From Schizochytrium sp. TIO01 (Eukaryota > Protista > Bigyra: Labyrinthulomycetes), in NCBI GenBank assembly GCA_004764695.1, contig SMSO01000025.1, positions 3,472,001-3,536,000 of the forward strand: a stretch of DNA of 64,000 nucleotides. Reading direction: 5' to 3'. The notes beneath the pieces are model-generated. The model was given only the letters and a program-made list of their open reading frames with translations. It made no database searches and had not been told where the DNA came from. Below are positions 10,738-21,800 of the stretch, piece after piece; position 1 is the first letter of the stretch; every line of letters begins with the position of its first letter. The position numbers and the translations under genes are program-made.

Positions 10738-13573
10738 CTGCTCAGTGCCGTGTCTTGAGCGAGGAAAGAAACTCGAGCTGAGAGATCGAGAGAGATCGAG
10801 GGACCCTAACTACTCCTGACTCTATGCCTACTAGTTCTACTTACTATTATAGGTAATACTAGGTTTCTATGAGCAGGCAGCTCTGTGTAAAAGTATGCTA
10901 TCTGCAGCATCTAGCACGTTCTTTTGCCTGCATGGTTGGTGGCTTTTAGGGCACGCCACGATCGTTATGATTGACTGGCCATATCGCATGCTTCCGGCGC
11001 GTTGCGGACATGTAATGTGATATGTCTTGGCGGGAGGATGGATATGGATGAATATTGAGATACCAAATCCCACGGAGAATTCATAGCATCCCCCCTTAGT
11101 TAACTGGATTTGATTAGGCCTGAGTCATCCGCCGGAATTCCGGGAGTGTTGGGAAATACGGAGGCGAGACGAAGCGAGCGATGGTTGCGTTTAAGTAAGC
11201 GCAGAAGTCATCTCGTCGGCATGTGGCGTATGCCCTGTCGCCATGTTAAATTGTGAAGGAGTCCTTGCTCGCTTTCGACCATGACCCTCTGCGCCATGGA
11301 TGGGCTTAAACAAAGACATAGGTATGTATGTATATGTAGTATTGACACGTTGACATATGGATGGCAGGCAAGTTCACTTGTGCAGTATCATGACAGTCTC
11401 ATCCCGATTTGCAGGCTGATCGATGTGAAAGAGAGTTCACACACATTTCATGCTTCATCGTTTAGTGAAAAAAGCAGAAAGAAAATAGACAAAGTAAAGA
11501 AAAGAAAAGATAACTTTCCTTCTAATAATAAACTACCTAGGATACTTCCTTTGGCAATGAGCAACATACCTAGTCTAGCATTAAGGTGATGTGCTTGAGC
11601 ACAATACACTTGAACTCCTGTTGTTTCGGTAATCGTCTCATGAATAAACAAATTAAGTCGAGACGAACAGCCTTGCGATCTTTTGCTCGCCATCTTGTTA
11701 TTATACTCGTGACGCAAGGTGCAGAAAGAGAACTTGAATACCTTGAATCTTACCCTCCAGAAGATAATTAACGATGGCAGTTAACGAAGTGCTTCTTTCC
11801 ATTCGTTGTTCACCAGGGATCTTGCGGCACCTCAGCCGTTTCTTTAACTGCCCACAGAAACACAACTTTAATGACTACGAAAACGACCTGAACTAAAACA
11901 AGGTTGTTGCAAGCGCCTCAATAGATGTATGCTCCGTCCCATCAGATTGCAGTTATATGCAAGCAGATATGTGAGCAAGAAAACTCTGCAATGCGATAAC
12001 ACTATCACATTAGCACCCAGTACTACTTTATTTGTAAAATAAACCTACTTCCTCTATTATCTTCGTCGTTCTCGCCATAATCGTCGTGGCTTCGAGCCTA
12101 ATCCCTAGGTACCCGAGGGTTCACGAAGAGTTCTTGCATGATAACAAACTCTACTAGATGATTAAGGTTCCCTATTAGGCCTTAAATGTAGCGAAGCTAT
12201 GAGGACCCATCTCGCGTTTCTTTCTTCCTTTATTGCTTGTCTCGCGACTCACTGCCTGCTGTCCGTTCCACTAATGGGCTCGCTGGTTGTTAGCTCCAAA
12301 CTGTGTCGTTCCTCCGCGATCAATCAGTTGTCACTGCCTGCAAGACACTATCGACTTGTAAGTCGACATCGAGAATGGGATTTGAAAACCGAACTCAATG
12401 TCAAACTAGTGGATACCTAGGTAGCGAGGTTCTAGCACTACTTTGATTGAAGGCTTTTAAGAATAGGGATCAAGGCCTGCAAGCATGATAGTTCTCGAGA
12501 GACCCCTATCGTGAAAGTGGTAATGATCATCATGATACCCCATCCCACTGAAGATGGTACACAAAAGCGACCGCTGACTAGATATTTTTCCAAGTCTTGA
12601 GCCTCTAACCTCTTTGCCTCTTCCTAAAGGTCGCCGACAGCAACCTCGTGCGCGAGGCAGCCAGCGCAGAATTATTGCGAGTTCCAGAGGAGTCACCTGT
12701 GCTCCAAGAACGCGAAACGACGGATACACTCACCATGGTTGTCCCTAGCAATAACAAGGACAAGAAGAAGAAACTTTCGTCTGTTTCTTGCTAATTTTCT
12801 CCATTAAAAATGTTAATGTCTTGCAGAAAAATAGAGCCGCCTGACTTCAATAAGTCGAAGCCGCAGCTCAGGCTTTTCTTCAGAAACATTCTGAATTATG
12901 CACTACTAGACAACATGGTCGAAAACAAAGAAAGCACAGGAACATCAGTAGTGTAGCTCGCACTCAACCAACAACCAAAAGAAATAGCTCGAATGGGAAA
13001 ACAACCCTAATTAGAGCTTAGAGAAGAGGACGAGTCAACGTTGCGCTGCTGCAGTCGAAAAACAAGACAGGTGGCCGACGGGACTTTAGTGATGGTACTT
13101 GCCCAGTCTCCAGACCTTCACCATTCATCAATCTGAAACTTGTGAGCGTCGAATTTTGTTTCTAGCGAATTCAACCTTCAAGTCCGAATTCAGGCCACCC
13201 CTTCTGACCGACCAGCAGGGCAGCTTGCGGGCTAGCACCTATCGCGTCTAGCCCGCTCCTGCCGCTGCTGCCGCCTCCACAAGAGAAGAGCAAGAAAGCC
13301 AAGAACAAGCCAGAGTTCCACCGGTGAGAAATCACTTTTCTGTCACTCGATCCCGACCCGCAGTAGCTGGCTGGCGAGAGGCTCCCCAAGAGCAACAAGA
13401 TGAGCATGGGATGCGATGCGCCACCGCAGTGGCATCACATCGCGAGTCCGGCTGCCTGCTTCCATGGCGTTGGACCCGCCGCGGGTCTGACATTGTCAGT
13501 TCATCTATTCGGAGGTTTCAATTTTGCAAGCAGCTCCAAACTTGCAAACTTGCAATTCAAATTTGCCAGCAAC

Positions 13574-13677
13574 TTCAAAATTCAAAATTCAAAATTCAAA
13601 ATTCAAAATTCAAAATTCAAAATTCAAAATTTAAATTTCACATTCAAAATTCAACATTCAACATTCAAAATTCAAAA
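13574..13677. repeat. (TTCAAAA)n heptamer tandem repeat, degenerating at 3' end
   Basis: About 8 perfect TTCAAAA units followed by TTCACA/TTCAACA variants. Confidence 0.9.
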
Positions 13678-15950
13678 AACTTTCAAAGAACCTGATTCTG
13701 CGTTAGAAGTCACCTATGCCTTGGTAGCAAGTAGCCCTCCTCTGCTCCAGTTCAGGTCCATTGCCCGAACTTCGAGTTTCATGGCCCGCGTCCCTTCTCT
13801 GCGGCGCCGCAACCAACAAACAAACTCGCTGCGCTGCCCCCGCCTCCACCGTGCAACCCGCACGCGGCGGTGGACCCGCCTCTCGCCGCGCCTGGTCTCG
13901 CCTGCCGCTTCCCGGCCCTGCCTCCCTGCAGGCCAGCGAGCGGCCGGCCCGTTCTCTGCCCAGTTTCAAGGCAGGTCGATTGATTGATGACAGACCATAT
14001 TGGATTGGTCCGCAAATCAAACAAAGCCTTATCAGACGAGGAGAATCCGAGGATGCAAAATCGCTTTCTTCTCGCGACCTAGCTAGCTAGCTCGCTCGCT
14101 GCCGGCCAGCTGAGGCCTCGGAGGCGACGGGGGCGAGATGACGACGCTCAAGCCAGTGGACTGGGGCTGTCCAGCCAGCCAGCCATCAAGCTCAACCTCA
14201 CGCACGCTCGGGTTCAGGTTGAACTCGAAGTTGAACTCGAAGGTGCTGTTTACAACAAACAATCTTTCGAATCGAAATCATCCTCGATTTTCGGAAACTA
14301 GGCACTACGTACCACCGGTCTTGATTGGAAAGCTGGAGCTGAGGCTGTCGTCTGTCTGCTTGCTTGCTTGCTTGCTTGCAGTGGTAGCCTGCGGTCAGGA
14401 GCTCGAGGAGAGCTCCAGGGACCGGTCGGAGATCGGGATCGCCAGCATCTTGAACCTCGCGAGGACGCTGCGAGAACTTGAAAGAAGAAACACTCTGCGT
14501 CCACAGTGTGATGATTGAGTGAGAGTGATCATGGGAAAGCATCAAGAGAGGAAGTGAGGGCTCAGAGAGGAAGGGGCAATGAGGCCCAGTGGGGGAGAGA
14601 GGGAGCACGCAGAAAATCGAGGATCTCCACTGCAGGTCTTGGCAAGAATGACCTCGCTTTGAGAGGAGGTGCGGGGACGCTAAAGATCCTCCTCCTCACA
14701 GCTCTACATTTGGCGACCCAAGCTCATCCTCAAGTTCGCGGGAGCGGTGGCGGTTTCCGGCTGAGCAACCCCGCCTCTGTGTCCCCTCCTAACCTGGTCC
14801 ACAGTCCTCTGGACTTTTCTAGTAAATCCCGTCCCTCTCAAGAATCCATTGAGAAAGAAAGAATCTCTGAATGAAATTTGAAGAGAACAAAACTTGAACA
14901 AATACAACAAACAGACAGACAAACAGACACAAAGAACAGTTGACAATCATTTCACCATTCGCGAAGGGAATCAAAGCGGCTAGAGGTTTTAACAAACAGC
15001 AAACAGACGCGCACGCGCTCGCTCACTCTCCGCACGGACAGAAGTAGCCTCCCACACGCGGTCTTCTTCTACTCCCAATCGCAAGACTCTTCCTCCGCGG
15101 CACTCTTCGTCGCGTCCTCGAGTGCCTTCTGGATTGAGGCAAGTAAGTAGGTACCTGTAGGGAAAGTCGTTCTTTATCTTATTACGACTTCGGGACTCTA
15201 GGAGCTGGTAGGGATAAGATAGTGCTTACCGTAGCACTCTCTTTCGATCTGGTGCCATTGTTGTAAGTAGGCAGCACTATTGGAACTAGGAGGTACTAGT
15301 TTATAGTAATCACAAGTAGGAAGCACTAGGCTTAGTGGCTGGCTAGTCTGAGTATTTCTTGCTTGCAAACTCGAGACGCCAGATTGCAGCAAACGGAGTT
15401 CGCATAGGCCAAGGACGATTTTGCATGCTTGCATGCTAGCTAGCTTGCTTGCTTGTGGGGTGAATCGAAGTGGATAAGCTGGCACCGTTGATAGAGGAGG
15501 TTGTAGCGTGGCGGTAAACAACAGCTCAGGCTTCGAAGTGAATAAGTGAGGATCTCGCGGAAGCGTCCATCGTTCGAGACGCGCTTGTGAACCTGAACGA
15601 AGTGCTCCAAATCCATTCATACATCAGAACGGGGAAGTAGTACTGGGTCTTACAAGCGCTTTGCCATCCTTTCTTTCTACTGCCTTTTACTGACTCTGCT
15701 ATTTTAAAAGCTGAGGACGACTGTAGAGGCAGAACTCTATCACATTCCTGAATCTTTCAGGGACGCTGAGTTGCTCGAGATTAACAGCAATTGTGGCGAA
15801 CGCCCGTGTTTGCATTTCAAAGTAGAGCGAACTAGAACCTTGAGACAAGGTTTTAGCCCATACAAATCGGTGGAACTTGATACTTTCAATTCTAAGGAAT
15901 CTTGAGTAATCAATTAACTGTATTAGAACGCTCGTTTTGAATTAATCAAA

Positions 15951-17027
15951 ATGACCACAGTGACCAACACATTGCAAGGCTTCGTGCATCATTTTGCAGG
16001 AACTGATCTAGAGACCCTTGGCGTGCCTCCTGAAATCATTTGCAATGTCAAAGGTATCATCTTCGCTAACCGTATCATGCCTGGCCGTGTTACTCATAAC
16101 GTGCATGGCGGCATTTTCTCCTGCTTAGACGAGGAGTCAGGAAAGTGGACCTACCCAGTGGCGCTACAATTTCTGTCCGGATTGGTTACCTCTTGGTCTG
16201 CCTATGACAGAGTTGAGCTTCTTGTGCTGATTACAGATCCTGAGGTCTGTCAATTGCTCAAATCGCTCGGCCAAATCGGTTTTGGCGACCACTCTGCACA
16301 CAAAATCGAAAACGGCATCGCTCTTCGATCAGACCGGTTTCTTACTAGCACTTATGAGTCTGCTAAGAAGAACCCAGACTTTGGAAAGGCTTCTTACGCC
16401 TACCATATGGGTCACAAGGTTTTGCATGAAGCTGAGGTGAAGGACATCATCTGGCAGTTCCGCAGCTCCTCAAATGAAAAATTTTATGGCACACGCAACG
16501 GATCCTTGCACAACATTGCAAAGTTGCACGCACTCACCGAAGAGGATAAGTCTGATGTGGCAATCAAGTCAATCCTTACTCGCTGGCCCACCCGAAACCA
16601 TGAGCTTGCTGACAAGTACATTTCGGTGCTGCAAGCAATGATGCATCCTATTGCAAACCCCTCTGGTAAAGAATATGCTGGTGTTCCTTACCATACAACA
16701 TCTACTTCTTCAGCACCCCCGCCTCCTCCGCGTCCTTCTATGGAAACTCGCGATGACTTTGCTCTTGGAGGATTTGGAGGGGCACCAGCTGAGTATCCGA
16801 TGCCAGTGTCCCGTTCACGCGCTTCGACATGGGCGCACGCAGGACCACAGCCAACCTCCACATGGGGTGGAAGCAGTAGTAGCACTAGCAGTGGCTATGA
16901 TAGCTATCAAGAACAGGATAACGATTCTGTGCAGCATAAAATCCCTGCCCCCGTAACCGAATCTCCTGCGGAGGATGAAGTTAAGAAGGTACAGGTCAGT
17001 CGTCAATCATCATTCGAGTTCAACTGA
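15951..17027 (+). CDS. Divergent SYLF/Ysc84 (SH3YL1-like) domain protein with Pro/Ser-rich tail
   Basis: 358-aa ORF. Landmarks are collinear with Ysc84/SH3YL1: VPPEIICNVKGIIF ~ IPPxVLxxAKGLAI; GKWTYPVAL ~ GTWSAPSAI; ELLVLITDPEV ~ DFVFILNxxEA; SYAY ~ VFAY; RSSSNEKFYG ~ RREANRKFYG. The Gly-rich motifs are eroded, no SH3 domain is seen, and the tail contains PPPPPRP. Confidence 0.7.
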   Translation: MTTVTNTLQGFVHHFAGTDLETLGVPPEIICNVKGIIFANRIMPGRVTHNVHGGIFSCLDEESGKWTYPVALQFLSGLVTSWSAYDRVELLVLITDPEVCQLLKSLGQIGFGDHSAHKIENGIALRSDRFLTSTYESAKKNPDFGKASYAYHMGHKVLHEAEVKDIIWQFRSSSNEKFYGTRNGSLHNIAKLHALTEEDKSDVAIKSILTRWPTRNHELADKYISVLQAMMHPIANPSGKEYAGVPYHTTSTSSAPPPPPRPSMETRDDFALGGFGGAPAEYPMPVSRSRASTWAHAGPQPTSTWGGSSSSTSSGYDSYQEQDNDSVQHKIPAPVTESPAEDEVKKVQVSRQSSFEFN

Positions 17028-17943
17028 GTGTTCACATCAATTTCATCATGATGTCTCGCGATCGATTCTCCGTCCCATTTATGTCCAATCCTTAGTTTTG
17101 GCGATCCGGGATCTTCATAGGAAGAATGCTTGTTTGCATCACATTTTCTATCCTCGCTGATGTGGCCTCATTTCCCTTTCTTTGTCTTGCTTTAGCTCTG
17201 GAGAAATAACATTCTCTGTTCTTTAAATAAATTGCGGCTGATACAAAATTTGCACAAGTCTTACCGCATGCGAAGTCCGAAGAGGTTTTCTATTCTTCAT
17301 TTTTATTCACCAAAGTCTAAGTCGCTGTCATACTCTCGTAATCTCGTTTTCATTCTTCATATATTTGCTTCTCTTTTGTCCACATTTCACCCATCTTCAT
17401 TTCTGTAGTTTTTGTACAAGGAACATTTCACTATCTCCCGATTAACATGTCATCATGGACAAGCTCTTTCAGAGATAGAGGGTACCAAAGCTGCTGAAAT
17501 ATATCGTTTGTACTTTTTGTTTGGTTGAAGTTTATCAATACAATAGCAAGGACATACCTAGCTAAATAATACCTGTTTCGCTTGATAGATATTGATTCTG
17601 TAGAGTTCAAAAACTTGTTTGAGTCATCATTTAGAGCTACCCGCAGCGGCTGCATGCTCGCTAGCACGTTCTTATTTTGTGTCGTAATTCCCCTGTTGTG
17701 ATCACATATCACTGTTCAGTAGCCACTTCAATTCTCTGATAGAGCTGCACATATAGAGACGAGCCATTTTTTCTTGTGCAGTGTCGCGATAAGACAAACA
17801 TGTGATAAGGTTCTTTCCTGTGAACATACTTCATTGATGTTGACGTACTCTATCTATTTAACGAGAGCGCATGCTCTATTCCACTTATTCTACTAGTTCA
17901 GCCTGCTCGGTTGCAGCCCACGATTCAAGATTTATCAGATTAG

Positions 17944-18193
17944 GTAAAGGTAGGTAGGTACCACTAAATTTATTTAAAAAAATGAAAACAAAAGCTACAC
18001 CTACTGACAAAAGAAACATTGTTTTGAAAAAATCTACCGCCAGCCCTGTTTTTGAAACGAGCATTATTCCATCTGATGTCAGTCCTTCAGGAGCTCTCTA
18101 CTTTCTTTGGCTGCATTCAAATCATTTATTGATCGCTACTACTATTAGATATCTACTCTCCCTCACTGATGCTAACCTCCATCTTTTATACAG
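17944..18193 (+). other. Candidate intron upstream of the PI3K start (possible 5'UTR intron)
   Basis: AG|GTAAAG at 17944, AT-rich interior, GCTAAC branch point at 18171-18176, pyrimidine tract and TTTTATACAG ending at 18193. Confidence 0.3.
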
Positions 18194-18869
18194 AGGTGTG
18201 CACGTCGATCTCAGTTTGCACGTGTCTGCCTTTTGTATACTGATAGTATTTCCCGTAGCTACACTCTAGACCCGCACGCTCACTCTGACTTTGCTTGCTT
18301 TTCCAAATAAGGAAGAGTGAGAAAGCCGTGAAAATACATTTTCTCTAGAGGTTGCCTGCGATTTTTCGCTGTTACACGCAGCACATAAAGCCGCTTCGTG
18401 ACTAAGTGCGTGCGCGAGGTTTGTGTCGCGACCTCAAATTGCTGCTTTGAAGCAGCGCCAAGGCCGCAGTGAGGGCCTTGTGCGGGCGCGGAGCCCTTAG
18501 AACCGCCCTCTCTCTTGAAGTCTCTAATCCGAGTTTCTTCTTTCGTCCATTGTCCATCGATTGGTTCAACTCGAGCGACGTTGAAGCTGGCGCCGCGCAT
18601 CTTGGGCTTTGTGTTCTTACACCGCTCCTCGAACCGAGCTTGGGTTTGCTCTTGAAAGTTATTTGTACGCGCGGGAAGAAGCTGTCGCTCTCCGCTTTAA
18701 ACTTACAGCGCAAAGCAGTGCCTACACTAGAATTGTAATTTCACGTGGTGGTCTCTCTTCTTTTCCTCACATTGTGCTAAAGTTGCTCTTTCATTCGAGC
18801 CGTCTTGATTGGTTATGTGCTTCATTTAGGAAAGTTTAATCCAGAATATCTACTAAACATCTCGCTATC

Positions 18870-21800
18870 ATGAGTTATGTAGGGTCGCACATTTCGGGGC
18901 GCAACCAAAATGGATATGGTGGCGGGGTATGGCAAGAACACGTTGACCCGCGAAGCGGTTTGACATTCTACCATAACGTAGTAAATGGCATGAGTGTGTG
19001 GAAATTACCTGAAGATCGTTGGCACAAAGCTCGAGACCTGGAGTCGGATCGATTATACTATTTTAACCTCTATCGTCATCAAAGCACTTACGCAGAACCA
19101 ATTGGATATGTTGACGAAGACTTTCAAAAGGTTCAGGTGCTGCCTTACAACCGAGCTGCCCTCGGTATGAGCGGCGAACGCAAAGATAATGTCGGCTTTA
19201 TCCCTGCTTTTGACCCCAGCAGAAACTCTACGTTCTGGCACTCATCTGGGCAAACGGTGTGGCGAAGACCTCGAGGTGCTCAGTACAGCCTGGATCAACT
19301 ACGACCTTCCCAAGAGTACGAGCGAATGGAGCATGCTGCCCGGCAGCTCCAGAGTCGCATTCACGATGTCTCTGATGAGATTTCTAGGCTAGAAATGATT
19401 GAGACACAGATTGAGGAAACTGCAGACGCGCGTTCGAGACGTCTTGCTCGTCTCCGTGGTCAAAGAAGTGAGTCTGAAGCTATGGAAAGACTTACACTTC
19501 GTGAAAAGGGAGTTACACGTTTTCTTGAAACCTCCTTTGGTCACGTAGCACTTCGCAGCTCCTTTCGTGTTAACGTACCAACCGTTGACTCCTTTCTAAA
19601 GTCGGTGCCCATCTTCCATAATCTGGACGAAGAGCAGTTTGAGTTGGTACGGAAATCGTTACGTAAACAAACCTTCGTTCCTAATGAGGTTATTGTGCGG
19701 CAAGATACCAAGGGCGATTTATTCTATCTTATTATTGAAGGTAAGGTCAGAGTTTACGTACAAGGTGCGTGGACCGAGGATCAGGGATTACTACCCGAGG
19801 ATAATGCATTCGGCAAGCTCGTCAATGAGTTGATTCCTGGAGACTTCTTTGGTGAAAAGGCTCTCCTTGAAGACAAAATGCGCACTGCAACAGTTCTTGC
19901 TGCAACTCACGTTGCAACTTACACACTATCTCGGGATGTCTTTTGCAAGGTTATCAAGCCGGATGAGCTCATGGACACTTCCAACACACAATTGTCGCAT
20001 ATGAGCCTCGAGGTTGCAAGTTTTACAAAGCACGTGGGAAATTTCGATGTTTTGCTCTCGTTGAAGCGCCGAGCAAATACTGAACGTGAACGTCGTGTAG
20101 CAGAGGCACTAATGCTTCTAATGACCGCATTTAGCCCTGAGCTGAACGTTGTAGACACTGTTGCACGGATGCGGAAGACTTTGTTTCAGATTTTCAATTG
20201 TGAGCGTGTCTCTCTGTACACTGTGGATTGGGAAAAGCGCCAACTGCAAATGCAATTCGGGCAGGATCTAGAGACGACATTTACTTTGGATATTGGGGAG
20301 GGCATTGCCGGGCACTGTGCCGCGATGAATAAAATTGTCAATGTACCGCATGTACATAAGAATGAGCATTTCTATGGGGAAGTAGAGCCTGCTAGTTCTG
20401 GTTTTGTAACACGGAATGTACTATGCTGTCCTGTTTGCACGGATGATGGTACAGTGATTACTGTGATCGAGCTTTTAAACAAACGTGGCGGTGCTCCCTT
20501 CTCAGAGGAAGATCAAGATGTCATTGCTTCGGTAAGCGAACAAATGAGTGCAACTCTGGCACAAAAGCGTGCCGAGCAGCTGAATGATTTCTCTCTTGTG
20601 CACTACTTGCCAATTTGGCAAATTGATGAGCCTCTCAAGATCAAATTGAATCGTGTTTTGGGAACAAGTCTGCCGGGCCATGTACTGTCGGACTCCTTTA
20701 TTGTCGCCACTTCTATATACTACGCTGGCCAGCCTCTGGCACCAACAAAGTATTTACAATGCACTGCAGAGCGTCTCATGCCATACATGGTTGTGCCGTT
20801 TGAGACAACTGTAACCCTGGACATCACCCTTTCAAACCTTCCGCGTGCTGCACGTGTCATCTTTAACGTGTACTACTCACCTAAGACTGAGGAAACCGCA
20901 GATTCAGATCTGATCAGTGCTATTATTGATGAACAGGCAAAGCGAGATGCGAAGCGGGAGATGGAGGAAGAAGCTGCCATGGAAAAAACTCTGAGCAGCC
21001 ATCACAGACAAAGCTCCACACGCCAACATCCTACTGAGCGAGACAGAATTCGTAAAGAGAAGCAAACACGTCGCAATATAGAGATGGAGCGCTTAGTAAA
21101 AGAGGGCCTAGCGACTCCGATAGGATGGGCAGGTTTGACTCTTTTGGACTTTGACCAAGTCATGCGCAGTGGACACATGCGTCTCAAGCTCTTTCGTGGG
21201 GAGGCAGGACCAGATATGGCTGCTGTAGCAACCTTGCTAAGTAATAATACTCGGGCAAAGGATGCAGTTGACTTTCTCGAAATTACCTTGCCTGCTAGAA
21301 GAAAACCAGTTGTATACAGTGATCACGTGTCTGACGCAGAAAAGCTTGATGCAGATGAAACAGCTGCTCCTCAACGCTCCAACCTTTATAAATTAATGCG
21401 TGCAGAGCTGGAGAAGTTCATTCATAGCGACCCTCTTCGTCCATTGAGCAATGATGAAAAACTTCTTGTTTTACAGACTCGTCGTGAACTTATGGATGAT
21501 CCTGCTGCGTTGCCAAAGTTTTTGCAAGCCATTGACTGGTCAAAGCGGTCTCAGACTCAACTCGCTTATAACATGCTTAACCTCTGGGCAATGCCGGACC
21601 CAGTCGTTGCGTTACAATTGTTAGACTTCAAACATCCAGATCCTAAGATTCGCGCCCTTGCTGTTGCAGCGCTTGAATCCATGTCAGATCTTGATCTTGA
21701 AGAGATCATGCTGCAACTTGTCCAAGTTCTTAAGTTCGAACGCTTCGTGGACTCTGCTTTATCTCGTTTCTTGCTCCGGCGCGCGCTGCGCGCACCTGCT

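Noticed and set aside
13324-14090. ORFs with FKIQNSK repeats
   Set aside because: Produced by the TTCAAAA array plus GC-rich flanks; no domain signal.
15681-15691. U5 snRNA loop-I motif GCCTTTTAC
   Set aside because: No flanking stem or Sm site.
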